Below are positions 37,864-47,691 of a stretch of 64,000 bases of DNA, in pieces. Each line of letters opens with the position of its first letter. Position 1 is the first letter of the stretch. A program made the translations under genes and the position numbers. The notes under the pieces are model-generated. The model saw only the letters and a list, made by a program, of their open reading frames with translations, was not told the origin of the DNA and made no database searches. The stretch is from a virus (Duplodnaviria > Caudoviricetes): positions 1 to 64,000 of the IMG/VR virus record IMGVR_UViG_3300027819_000009; one strand, 5' to 3'.

Positions 37864-38018
37864 TTCTTTTTACCTTTTTTAGCCTTGTGTTCGTTAACCA
37901 CATCCCACAGCTTTAACCTTATAAAATCAGATAAGTTCCGGCGATCATCTTTAGCCATTACCTTCAGTTCCTTTTTTAATTCAGGCTCAACTCTCGTCAT
38001 TAATAGCTCATTTTTCAT
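37860..38018 (-). CDS. Ribbon-helix-helix (Arc-like) regulator
   Basis: MTRVEPELKKEL...A...RRNLSDFIR. Confidence 0.7.
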   Translation of the reverse strand: MKNELLMTRVEPELKKELKVMAKDDRRNLSDFIRLKLWDVVNEHKAKKGKKK

Positions 38019-38093
38019 AGCCACAATATTACAAAATATTACATCGGATAGTAAGGCTGTAATTACAAAGTTATACAAGAGTTTTACACAATT

Positions 38094-38873
38094 TTATCTA
38101 AGCGATCTCGGCAACATAAGAAGGAACGGAAGGCATAAATCCATATTTGTTGCGTAGTAATCTATCCCAATATTAATGTTTTTATAGTAATCTTGCTTTC
38201 TTATAGAGTAGTATTTTTCGCTTTTTATAGACCATGCGTTTTGTCCTATTTTTTCAACTAAAAACCACTTCTCTAATAGCCGGCCAGCCCTTCCGTTGCC
38301 ATCTGTGAATGGATGTATTTTCTCAAATCTAAGGTGAATCATAGATGCGTAATAAAACATTTCTTTATAGGATAAATCCCGACTCATAAGTTCTTTAACA
38401 TCAAAGAACAGTTTATCCATTTCTTTTTTAATAAATTGACTTTCTATAGCGACGTAATGAACCCTTTCAGAGCTAACCACCCCCATTATTCCAGTTCTAA
38501 ACCTTCCTCTTTCATGTTCTTTTTTAAGGAGATTCTTACTTAGTATTTTATGTGAATTTAAAAACGATGATGCTGTTAGTTTATTTTCTTTAGCATAGTT
38601 ATATGCATTTACCAAATCATCAATTTCGGCAGTTTCTTTAGGTTTAGATTTTACTCCGAATGTTTTTATTTTTAAATAATCATCCGGCGTTATGGTATTG
38701 CCCTCTATGTTAGATGAGTAGGTTGCCGAAACCATAATCATGTGTTTAAAATCCTCGGCGGTAAACTTATCTCTACCCCTAAGTCTATTAAACACGTCTT
38801 GCCAATCAATAGTTACCTCATTAGAGTATTCCTCTAAGTATTTTGCTGTTAGTATTTTTAAATGCTTTGCCAT
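38094..38873 (-). CDS. Fic family protein
   Basis: SSNIEGN; IHPFTDGNGRAGR. Confidence 0.92.
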   Translation of the reverse strand: MAKHLKILTAKYLEEYSNEVTIDWQDVFNRLRGRDKFTAEDFKHMIMVSATYSSNIEGNTITPDDYLKIKTFGVKSKPKETAEIDDLVNAYNYAKENKLTASSFLNSHKILSKNLLKKEHERGRFRTGIMGVVSSERVHYVAIESQFIKKEMDKLFFDVKELMSRDLSYKEMFYYASMIHLRFEKIHPFTDGNGRAGRLLEKWFLVEKIGQNAWSIKSEKYYSIRKQDYYKNINIGIDYYATNMDLCLPFLLMLPRSLR

Positions 38874-39258
38874 AATTAAAAAGATGCCCTACTCAAAACT
38901 AATGGCAAAATCAGTCTGACGAGGAGTCAAAAAGAACATTAATCTTTTTCGGGCAATTGTTTAAATTTCATTTTTGTAACCTGATTTTGCATAACAAATA
39001 TAGTGAATTATAATATATAATCCAAATTACCAACGAGAAAGCCCCACTTTTTAGGGTGAGGCTCTCCGTTGTGACTTAGGTGTCTATGAAACCACTAATT
39101 CAAGGTAGGGCAAATATAAATCAAACTTTCGGAATAAAAAAATCCCCCAGAAGAGACCTTAAAACTCTTGACTCTGGAGGATTATTGTAACGACTTGGCA
39201 ATCTTTACTATTACAAACCTAATTAAATAATAGTAAATAACCAAATCAAATTATGAGT

Positions 39259-39636
39259 TTAGTTTTTATTTAAATCTTCTATATCATACCATGCATACTG
39301 TGGGAATGGCGGCATTAGGGGGTTTCTGTTTTTAATCAAACTTTCCAATGTAATCTTTTTCGCATCTATAAGCCTTGCATGTTTGGCACAAGGAATAAAG
39401 CCGGTAAACTTCCCATTTATACAGCCGGCATCGTATTTTAATCTACCATCTGGCAATGGAACTCCTTTTATTTTAAACCACCGAATTATAATTGGAGGAT
39501 ATTGTCCAAACTCTCTAATACAACACTTCGGATAGCCCAAATCTATCCCTAATGGCTCATTTAATTTATACCATGCCTTTCCATGCTTTCTGAATTTTAG
39601 TATGAATTTTATTAGCTTAATCATATCTTTATCCAA
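39259..39636 (-). CDS. Hypothetical protein
   Basis: LGYPKCCI...GFIPCAKH. Confidence 0.65.
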   Translation of the reverse strand: MDKDMIKLIKFILKFRKHGKAWYKLNEPLGIDLGYPKCCIREFGQYPPIIIRWFKIKGVPLPDGRLKYDAGCINGKFTGFIPCAKHARLIDAKKITLESLIKNRNPLMPPFPQYAWYDIEDLNKN

Positions 39637-40439
39637 TTTTCAGGTAGTAAATCTTTAGTATTATTGTTCTTTCCGGTTTCTCCGAACCAGTTATTTGGGC
39701 ATACAACTTTTTTATTCGGGTTCTTGTTCAACATGGCAGACCACCAACTAAAAGATGAATTTGCTATTATATTATCTGAACATTTAGCCATTAAATACAT
39801 ATCAATGATATCGTAATCCTCCTTGCAAGAGGCCATCGATTGAGTTTCTGAAAAATAAGTGTTCTCTCCCAATCCTTTAAACCACTCTTTACACCATCCG
39901 ATATCGTCAGAGCAAATAATAAACATTGTTTTAGATGCGGATATGTCGTATGGGTATAAAACCTCGCTTATAGCGGCTGTATAGTAATCAATTGGCAAAA
40001 CACCATGATACTCATTTGTTCCTGGATTTAAATAATCCGATCTACGTACATGAATAGCGCAAGTATGCAAACCATTAGGATTAATCTTTTCGTAAAGCTC
40101 ATCGATGCTCTCCTTCCAGTTGTCTTTTAGTTCAAATAAAATAGTAGGATCCAAATCATCGTGGTATAAGTGGCTCTGGAAATAACCCTCAAGACTAACG
40201 TTACCTTCAAAAAACGGAATCTCAGAATAATGAAAATGCGGCTCATTGTAATGATGCGCAGATACAATATTGTCACTCGTAGGAAACGGAAAATCAAAAT
40301 ATTTAAAATACTTCCACTCCGGAAACAATACTGTCTTATTGTGTTTTAAAGCATAAGCCCATGTTGCTATTATCTGATGAAGCGAGTTGCCACACCTGCC
40401 CATGTTGCCTAGCTGCGGAAAAGATACTACTCCACTCAT
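39621..40439 (-). CDS. Glycosyltransferase family 11 (alpha-1,2-fucosyltransferase)
   Basis: GRCGNSLHQ, EGYFQS, AIHVRRSDY, IIANSSFSWWSA. Confidence 0.92.
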   Translation of the reverse strand: MSGVVSFPQLGNMGRCGNSLHQIIATWAYALKHNKTVLFPEWKYFKYFDFPFPTSDNIVSAHHYNEPHFHYSEIPFFEGNVSLEGYFQSHLYHDDLDPTILFELKDNWKESIDELYEKINPNGLHTCAIHVRRSDYLNPGTNEYHGVLPIDYYTAAISEVLYPYDISASKTMFIICSDDIGWCKEWFKGLGENTYFSETQSMASCKEDYDIIDMYLMAKCSDNIIANSSFSWWSAMLNKNPNKKVVCPNNWFGETGKNNNTKDLLPENWIKI

Positions 40440-40578
40440 TTCAAAATCCTCCCTTCCTTCTCTGCTATTTTCGCATACCATTTAGAATGATATGTCTTTC
40501 TCTTCGGCTGATGCTCCTTCAGCTTACCGGCTTTTAAATCCCGCAGCCACAATTCAAATGGGCCAATGTTTGCTATCT

Positions 40579-40998
40579 TCATTTTTTACTTACTGTTTTT
40601 ACGTGTTTTTGCATCTCTAATAAAATATCGTGTTTCATGTTCGAAATCTGAGTCCCTAATTCCGTCCTTATGTTCTTTAAAATACCATCTCTTAACTGTA
40701 TGCTAGTATGTATTTCTTTAATCCTATCCGCAAGAACAGTTTTTAATTCTTTCCTATTCCAAATCTTAGAATTGGCAGCTTCTAATTTTTGATACTGAAC
40801 ATCGTTTTCATTCCGCAGCCTAAGAACCTTCTTTTCCAAATGCTGGCTATATAGGAAGTAAGCGATAGCGGTCGCTAAAAGACACCCAATCAACGCATCT
40901 TTATTTAAAAAGAAAACACCTAACTCTTGGTTAAAATAGCCAATAACAAACGATGCTATAATCCCAACTATTACTAAAACTCTTGTTTTTCCGTACAT
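40579..40998 (-). CDS. Membrane protein (2 TM plus coiled coil)
   Basis: Hydrophobic N-terminal helices. Confidence 0.65.
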   Translation of the reverse strand: MYGKTRVLVIVGIIASFVIGYFNQELGVFFLNKDALIGCLLATAIAYFLYSQHLEKKVLRLRNENDVQYQKLEAANSKIWNRKELKTVLADRIKEIHTSIQLRDGILKNIRTELGTQISNMKHDILLEMQKHVKTVSKK

Positions 40999-41157
40999 AT
41001 ATTTATTTTTCGTTTACTAATTTTACTTCTATTATTGATGTTTCGTTTACATTAAATAAAGACTTGAATTTTTTAATCGCATGAACATCAGACTTTGCAT
41101 ATAAAATACAAAAATGTTCTATTTTCTTTATGAAATATTTAATCTTATACTGCCTCA

Positions 41158-41592
41158 TTAAATCCGATGCTGTGTGTTCGTTTCTTTTTCCAAATCTAAT
41201 CCCATTAGTATAGCAAATGCCAAGAACAAAAGTCCCGCCCCTATAAGAAGTGTAAATGCCTCCTGTGCCGTTAGATCATGATTCTCGCCTGCGTGATTAA
41301 ATTTAACCCAGTCCTTGCCATCCTTTTTATATACCTCGTATGGGTATTTAGTGTTTTTTATTTCTGTAACTTTCATTTATTTTATATGCTGTTTAATCTC
41401 ATCTTCATTTAAAACCCTAAACACCCGCCAGTTTCCGCCTTCCCAAAACGGAATGTTGCCATACTTATATCCAGACCAACCGTACTCTGTAACATGAGTT
41501 ACTTTAGTTATTCCAGATGGGGTAAACATGTAATCTCCGACTTTTGGCTTAACCCATGCCTTCATTTCTATTAAATCTTTGTCCATTCCCAT
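41158..41592 (-). CDS. Two small hypothetical ORFs (41158-41376, 41377-41592)
   Basis: Tandem ORFs. Confidence 0.55.
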
Positions 41593-42308
41593 TCTGATAC
41601 GTATTTTTCTAAGGATTTTTTATCCATATTCTTAACCTTTAAATACTCCACGTTATTTGATGTCGCATAAGGATTAGCCTTGCTGTCCTTTGATGGTGGA
41701 TGCATTATATGATAGCAGTCTCCTTCAACTCTTCCGATGAGATAGCCTAAGTTTTTAACCCTCTCATAGCGCTCCTTATCTTCTGGCACATGCGCTCCAA
41801 GAAGATGTTCGTTTTCGAGTCCGCATTTTAAATAGTGTTCTCGATTCAAAAAACAAGCACCACCGCAACTTCCGGTTACATAAGAATTGTGCTTTTTAAT
41901 TACACCGTCAGTAATGTAGCTTCTTTCTATGTCATAAAAGGATCCGTAGTATGGATAAGTTAGGGTTAATCCTTCCCGAAGCAACTGAACGGCCTTTAGA
42001 ATGTTTTCAGGCTCAAATACACAGTCTGTGTCGTAAATTGCGATGTAGGGAGTTTCTGCATTTATAATTCCATAATTAATAACTTTTGTTCTATGAAAAT
42101 CATCTCCAAATAAAATACTATGCTTATATCCTTTGTCTGGCGAATTGTAAACACTTATTTGACTTCCCGATTCCACTAAGTTAATTTTAGTATCAAAGTT
42201 GTCTTTTAAAAACTTCAGAATACATTGCAGATTCTCCCCCCTCTCCAGCGAATCTCGGAAGTAAGGAATTATGAATGTCACGTCAGATAAGTCTATTCGA
42301 GATTTCAT
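41571..42308 (-). CDS. GT2/GT7-type glycosyltransferase (galactosyltransferase-like C-terminus)
   Basis: FIIPYF, IYDTDC, GGACFLNR...ENE...EDKE...R. Confidence 0.8.
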   Translation of the reverse strand: MKSRIDLSDVTFIIPYFRDSLERGENLQCILKFLKDNFDTKINLVESGSQISVYNSPDKGYKHSILFGDDFHRTKVINYGIINAETPYIAIYDTDCVFEPENILKAVQLLREGLTLTYPYYGSFYDIERSYITDGVIKKHNSYVTGSCGGACFLNREHYLKCGLENEHLLGAHVPEDKERYERVKNLGYLIGRVEGDCYHIMHPPSKDSKANPYATSNNVEYLKVKNMDKKSLEKYVSEWEWTKI

Positions 42309-43373
42309 TTGTTTTTAATTAATGCTTGCAATGTTTTTAATCTTTCTCTATTATGTTCTGTCGGAGCATGTTTTACCATTTGAATCCAATTAGTAAATAA
42401 GCCCTTCATTCCGTATTTCTCTACATACTTATTAGATGCAAATAAATCAGCAGATGAATCTGAGTTAACTAAAAACCGATTGTAAGCATAAAACAACAAC
42501 CATAAGCGAAACTTTTTATCAAACTGTTTAAATCGTTTGTAGTTTATTTCAATGTTGCCAGATATAGCCCCGACTCTAATTGGATTTCTAACACTTACTA
42601 CCGTAGGATCGGAACGGTCAGCCATTTCTGGATTACAGAAGATTAATCTTCCGCTATCCAACACAAAAACCGAATCACTCTTTATGAGGTCTTTTTCGGC
42701 TAGCTCCTGTAGCATTTCTAAATCGAGTTTATTCATTTCTTTTAGTTTTACAATCCACTATAACAAACCTTCCCATTAATATAGATGTTAATGGTGTTTA
42801 CAAACTCATGTGCCAATATTTTACTTCCAAACTCATGGCGAAGTTCCTGTTTTCCGGTTAGCCCATTCATTTGATTTACTATATACACACTCTTCTCTTT
42901 GCGAGGCTCTGTATAATATACGCTTGGTGTTTTGCTCATAGTTATTTATTTTGGTAAACGTTAGTTAAAAAATTCAAATGCCCCTTAAGCTCGAAATACA
43001 GCTCGTTCCTTCGCTCCTGGCTAATACCCACCATCTCAGCCTTATAAGCCTCAACAAGCGGCCCTATTTTCGACGTAACCCCCATAGGCTCCTTACCAAT
43101 CCACTTGCTTATTTCGGTTATTAGCTTATCCAATCTTAAGTTAGCCTCCGCAGACTCTAATTCAAATTCGGCCATCCTCTGCTTCTTTAAGATTTCCTGT
43201 TTGCTCTCTCCTATAGCAATCGCCGATTCCTTATCCATCTTCCGGAGATTTAATAAAAACTCCACCGATTTTGGATCGTTCTTTATTCTAAGTAAGTCGT
43301 TGATATCCTCAACCTCTTTCTTATACTTCGAGAGCTTCTCTTCGTTCTGTGCTATTTGCGCTTTCAAATTCAT
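42305..43373 (-). CDS. Three hypothetical ORFs (42305-42736, 42748-42939, 42942-43373)
   Basis: Tandem same-strand ORFs. Confidence 0.6.
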
Positions 43374-43711
43374 GCCTCTTCCTCCTCTTCATCATCGGCG
43401 AAAATTCCACCAAAGTCTATAAATACACCATGCGGACGGGTATCCTCTTCGTTTTCAAAAAATCCAATTACAGAATAAGCACCATCTCCGTACAGTGTAC
43501 TCGTACAAATACCCTCTTTAAATACCTTTAGATTATCGTCACCTAGTATATCACAAAACTCATCCCAGTTCTTACCGAGAGATTTAGGAACGCCATCTTC
43601 GTTGTGTAAAATATAGCATGGGTCTCCTATCCATACTATTCCGGCATCCACCGTTATATACCCCAACTCTCGTGGTATAAAGTTTTTTAGTTTTTTAATC
43701 TTGTCTTTCAT
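43370..43711 (-). CDS. DUF4241-like hypothetical protein
   Basis: VDAGIVWIGDPCY...T.YGDG.Y. Confidence 0.55.
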   Translation of the reverse strand: MKDKIKKLKNFIPRELGYITVDAGIVWIGDPCYILHNEDGVPKSLGKNWDEFCDILGDDNLKVFKEGICTSTLYGDGAYSVIGFFENEEDTRPHGVFIDFGGIFADDEEEEEA

Positions 43712-44564
43712 ATTCTAATATTGGTTTAAAATCGTATTCCACTAACTCATGCAACTTTTCTATTGGTGTGCTTAGCCAAATCTCTAAATGTTTAGGGTTA
43801 AACTTTCCATTCTTTTGTAAGTTTTCCTTTTCCCACATAGGGCGATAATTAGCCCAGTGAAATGCTCTTTGCTGACACTCCGTAATCTTCATATCAAATG
43901 CAACTAAGGGTATCCGATGTTCAAAATGCCACCCATTTTTTCCGTAATTTTCCCAAGTCATACCTTCTAAAAACAACGATTCAATATGTTTAATAAAAAA
44001 TCCTATTGTGCAATCAAGCAACCAAAATGTTTTATTTTTCTTACCGCCCATTAAAACAGCCCTTCTTACATATCCTCTAAGTAAATCCGAAACCCTATAC
44101 TGAAGATTTTCTTTTCTTAGCTTGTTTTTTTGTAATCTTCTTGCGTTTTTCGCTTCTGGAGTTTGCGCTCTTATCTTGTTTTTTTCACGAATCGATTCTT
44201 TGTTTTTTTCTTCGTATATTCTGCGCTTTTCCAATACTACATCTCTGTTTTCTTCGTAGTATTTTTTTCCGTAATCATAATGATACTGTTTTCTTTTTTT
44301 AGATTTCTTATTCCATTCTAGTCTTTTGCATATTTTACAAACTACACCTCTTCCTTTAGGGAATTCAGTTAGTGGCTTTTCTTCCTTGCAATTGTTGCAG
44401 TTTTTGGTTTCTTTTTTTATTTTTATTATAGAAATACGTCCGATGTCTTTTGTTTTTTTAGGCCTTCGTTTATTATAGTTTGCCACACAAGACCTACATC
44501 GTGTCTGCTTTTTACTAAAAGCTGAATCTTCTTTTTCTGTTTTACACTTACTGCAAAATTTCAT
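43695..44564 (-). CDS. HNH-like homing endonuclease, paralog of 32789-33688
   Basis: KFCSKCK; GMTWENYG..GWHFEHRIPL...ANYRPMWEKENLQK. Confidence 0.8.
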   Translation of the reverse strand: MKFCSKCKTEKEDSAFSKKQTRCRSCVANYNKRRPKKTKDIGRISIIKIKKETKNCNNCKEEKPLTEFPKGRGVVCKICKRLEWNKKSKKRKQYHYDYGKKYYEENRDVVLEKRRIYEEKNKESIREKNKIRAQTPEAKNARRLQKNKLRKENLQYRVSDLLRGYVRRAVLMGGKKNKTFWLLDCTIGFFIKHIESLFLEGMTWENYGKNGWHFEHRIPLVAFDMKITECQQRAFHWANYRPMWEKENLQKNGKFNPKHLEIWLSTPIEKLHELVEYDFKPILEYERQD

Positions 44565-44565
44565 T

Positions 44566-45216
44566 TTAATTCGATTCTAAATGTGAAATATTAGAGTGGT
44601 GAATAACATAGCCACACCCGTATAACTTGACTTTGTTTTTGTACTTATCTAGTAGTTGTTTATTGAATGCTTTATTGTCTTGTAATCCATTCGCTCCAAC
44701 CCACGTAACATCTAAATCTTTGCGCCAAATTACATTAGTGGTAAACAAAGAATCTAAATCAGGAGTCGCACTAAGCAATTCTTCAATCCCTTTTAAATTA
44801 TCTAGTTTCCTGTAAACATTAAAATAGGCCCACTGGTACATAGTAGGATCGAATGCTGTTTTAATGTTCCATAGATGGTTGGGTAAAAACGAATCATCTG
44901 CATCTAAATTCACTAATACAACTCCAGAAGCCCTATCTATACCGGTTTGCCTCACTCTGCCGTCGAATGCCTCGTGTTTTGGAAGTTCGATTAGCTTTAT
45001 TTTTCCAGATTTCAAATATTGATTATACTCAGTTTTGAGTATTTTGTTAGTCTCTTGACATCCGTCGCTAATAATAATAAGCTCAAAGTTAGTATAAGAC
45101 TGGTTTAGTGCCGAATTAACCGCTCGCCGGAATTTTTTAGGCAAATTGTCGGTTCTATCTGCCCTAACCCCCAAAAAACTAGGCATAATAACAGATATTT
45201 TATAATTATTACTCAT
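44566..45216 (-). CDS. GT2 glycosyltransferase
   Basis: ISVIMPS...SALNQSY.NFELIIISDG...LDADD. Confidence 0.88.
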   Translation of the reverse strand: MSNNYKISVIMPSFLGVRADRTDNLPKKFRRAVNSALNQSYTNFELIIISDGCQETNKILKTEYNQYLKSGKIKLIELPKHEAFDGRVRQTGIDRASGVVLVNLDADDSFLPNHLWNIKTAFDPTMYQWAYFNVYRKLDNLKGIEELLSATPDLDSLFTTNVIWRKDLDVTWVGANGLQDNKAFNKQLLDKYKNKVKLYGCGYVIHHSNISHLESN

Positions 45217-45460
45217 CCTTTTCCTGTTTTTTTACCCAATCTCGCATTACACCAATGACCAACTGAGTAATTGATGCCTCCCCTTTTAGGGCGTATAAAT
45301 CCTGGTATAGGGATTCTGGCCATTTCATTTGCCTAGGACATACTTTTTCTTTTACTGCGCTCGGAGGGAAATCAACAAGCGCTTCTTTAAATTTTTTTCT
45401 TCCTGCCATGTTGGGTATAAATATATATAACAACACTGTATTATCCAAATATGGTGTCAA
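45209..45460 (-). CDS. Small regulator, RHH-like
   Basis: RQMKWPESLY...SITQLVIGVMR. Confidence 0.45.
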   Translation of the reverse strand: MTPYLDNTVLLYIFIPNMAGRKKFKEALVDFPPSAVKEKVCPRQMKWPESLYQDLYALKGEASITQLVIGVMRDWVKKQEKDE

Positions 45461-45535
45461 AAAGATTTGAGTTTTCCTTGTGGATAACTTTATATATCCC
45501 CAACTTTGCTTTTAAACAATTTGAAAATTTCAATC

Positions 45536-45628
45536 ATGAAAGAAAACGCGATTTTAGGCCTTGTTATTGTACTATCAATAGTAGTTGCATTACAGGCTAA
45601 CAAACAACTTGATAAATTAACTGCTTAA
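45536..45628 (+). CDS. 30-aa hydrophobic peptide preceding the capsid candidate
   Basis: MKENAILGLVIVLSIVVALQANKQLDKLTA; not in the ORF track. Confidence 0.55.
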   Translation: MKENAILGLVIVLSIVVALQANKQLDKLTA

Positions 45629-45683
45629 TTGACTCTGTAGTCAACAGCAATTAATCATCAATGATGAAAAACAAAAAAGAACA

Positions 45684-46373
45684 ATGAAAAAAAGAAACAC
45701 GCCAGTAAACCCTCATAATGAGTGGTTCTCGGCAAATGGAGATCAAGATTGGAACAGTGCAGATGAGTGGAGAGGTGCTGATTCTAGTTGGGACGCAAAT
45801 GGCGGAGATCGCCAAGCAGTGCAAACACACTCAAGCGCACCTTACATTTTACAAATTGTTAACGCATGTACAAGTGCAATAGCAGATGTAGATATTGGAG
45901 ATGCAGCAAGAAACCGCACAAGCGCAACGTTCAACCTAAACTCGAACATCACAGTTACATCAACTGTGCAGGGTATTAACTACCTTGAGTATTTGGCTAT
46001 GTCAGAATCTCAACCGTTTTTAGTAGGTGCAACGATGATTATTTCAACAAGCGCCGGGCAACTGGATCAGACTGTTAAAATAACTCACCGTAATCCTTCT
46101 GGGGACGACTGGGGCCACGTAATTACGCCCACCCTCACTTTGAACCAAAACCAAACGGATCGTGTAATTGATGACTATGAGTATCTTATGACATCAATGA
46201 CTCGTTTGAGATGGAACCAAATCAATGCATCTGCGACAGTAACTTGTCGTCAGTACTTGAAAGGCAAATTTGCAGCAAATCAAATTTTAGTTGGACGTCC
46301 TGCTTTGCAGGGTTACGGACAGCCGAATGTTGTGGCAAATGCTAAAGGTATCCAAACGTTGATTCGCGGTTAA
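45684..46373 (+). CDS. Candidate major capsid protein 1 (beta-rich, single-jelly-roll sized)
   Basis: First large gene of the virion module; alternating beta pattern; codon usage differs from neighbours; followed by a terminator. Confidence 0.6.
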   Translation: MKKRNTPVNPHNEWFSANGDQDWNSADEWRGADSSWDANGGDRQAVQTHSSAPYILQIVNACTSAIADVDIGDAARNRTSATFNLNSNITVTSTVQGINYLEYLAMSESQPFLVGATMIISTSAGQLDQTVKITHRNPSGDDWGHVITPTLTLNQNQTDRVIDDYEYLMTSMTRLRWNQINASATVTCRQYLKGKFAANQILVGRPALQGYGQPNVVANAKGIQTLIRG

Positions 46374-46395
46374 TTTAGTAGCGATTATTTAATTT

Positions 46396-46432
46396 AAAAG
46401 GGCAGGCATCTGTATGTTCTGCTCTTTTTTTT
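46396..46432 (+). terminator. Rho-independent terminator after capsid candidate 1
   Basis: agggcaggcat / atgttctgctct followed by a T-run. Confidence 0.6.
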
Positions 46433-46462
46433 AAACTAAACGATTTAATTCCATTTCGCCAG

Positions 46463-47077
46463 ATGAACAACACAGAATTTTTTAACAACGAGTCGTCCCA
46501 AAATAGGGATATTTGGCGTTATGCGAATGGTAGTAATATTTCAAAGGAAGATTTAATTAAAGGGCCGGCGCCTTTTATTTTTCAGATTGTAAACGATCAG
46601 TCTGCTCCGGAGCCAGCGATAGCAGATGTGGATATTGGGGATGCTGCGAGAAACAGAACAAGTGCAACGTTCAATTTAAATTCACACATTACAGTTACAT
46701 CAGCGGTTCAGGGCATTAATTACAGAGAGTTTTTAGCCATATCAGAGAATAGTCCATTCTTGGTAGGTGCAATTATGATTATTTCAACAAGTGCAGGTCA
46801 GCTTGACCAAACTGTTAAAATAACTCATAGAAACGCAAGCGGAGATGAGGTTGGACACGTTATCTCGCCAACGATTACATTAAATCAAAGACAGACGGAT
46901 AGAGTGGCGGATGATTATGAGTTTATGTTTGATTCTCTTACTAGAATTAGATTTAACCAGATTAATGCCGGTGCAACTGTTACGATAAGGATTTATCCTA
47001 AAGAGATTTATTCTTCTGCGGATTTATTAGCGAGAAGAGGTGAAATTGAAAGATTTGGCAAACCAAGACTTTATTAA
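46463..47077 (+). CDS. Candidate capsid protein 2, paralog of 45684-46373
   Basis: 99/122 identical residues over the IADVD...ATVT core (manual alignment). Confidence 0.6.
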   Translation: MNNTEFFNNESSQNRDIWRYANGSNISKEDLIKGPAPFIFQIVNDQSAPEPAIADVDIGDAARNRTSATFNLNSHITVTSAVQGINYREFLAISENSPFLVGAIMIISTSAGQLDQTVKITHRNASGDEVGHVISPTITLNQRQTDRVADDYEFMFDSLTRIRFNQINAGATVTIRIYPKEIYSSADLLARRGEIERFGKPRLY

Positions 47078-47221
47078 ATGACAGATAAAGAAATTGAAAT
47101 ATCGGAAAAACAACATGCTGAAGTAATTCGGCAGATGAAAATAAGCAATATCACAAGTGGTATTATTGCCACAGCTTCTTTATTTACATTGATTACAATT
47201 TTTGTAAAACTTACAAAATGA
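47078..47221 (+). CDS. 47-aa tail-anchored protein
   Basis: C-terminal TM; coupled to both neighbours. Confidence 0.55.
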   Translation: MTDKEIEISEKQHAEVIRQMKISNITSGIIATASLFTLITIFVKLTK

Positions 47222-47691
47222 TTTATTTAAAACATAATCTACAGCAGAATATAGCGAGTGCGAATAGCACGAAGGATCCTGCTATGCGTGAGGATATTGT
47301 TTTATCTGAGATAGGCAAGCGGATTGCTGTTCGGCCGGAGGTTGTTATTGGGTTTTTAAAAAAATCAGATATTAATGTTTCTGATACGGCATCTACTGGC
47401 AAGATGGTTAGTCTTGTTTCAAAGAACATTGGTAAAAACAAAAACCTAATTGTTTTATTTGCTAAAGATATTGGGGCGGGAGAAGGCTCGGAGTTAATGG
47501 CGAAGTCTATTTATGAGGTTTTTAAAAAGCCAGGAGCGGAGAGTGAATTAATGAAATACACTAAGGCGATTAAGGGAATAGCTCTTAGCGCTGATGGCGG
47601 GGACGATATTAAATGGGGGGCGAGGGTTGCTGTTGGGATTGTTGTTGTTTTAGGGATAGGATTTGCAGTTTATAAATATAAGAATGGGTAA
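47218..47691 (+). CDS. Virion membrane protein (C-terminal TM)
   Basis: SADGG motif before the TM. Confidence 0.7.
   Translation: MIYLKHNLQQNIASANSTKDPAMREDIVLSEIGKRIAVRPEVVIGFLKKSDINVSDTASTGKMVSLVSKNIGKNKNLIVLFAKDIGAGEGSELMAKSIYEVFKKPGAESELMKYTKAIKGIALSADGGDDIKWGARVAVGIVVVLGIGFAVYKYKNG

Noticed and set aside
24015-45216. Host chromosomal O-antigen or capsule locus
   Set aside because: It is interleaved with phage-type hypotheticals and homing endonucleases, lacks export or polymerase genes, and is continuous with viral modules on both sides.
45684-47077. Diversity-generating retroelement template/variable repeat pair
   Set aside because: Differences are mostly synonymous third-position changes, not adenine-specific, and there is no reverse transcriptase in the window.
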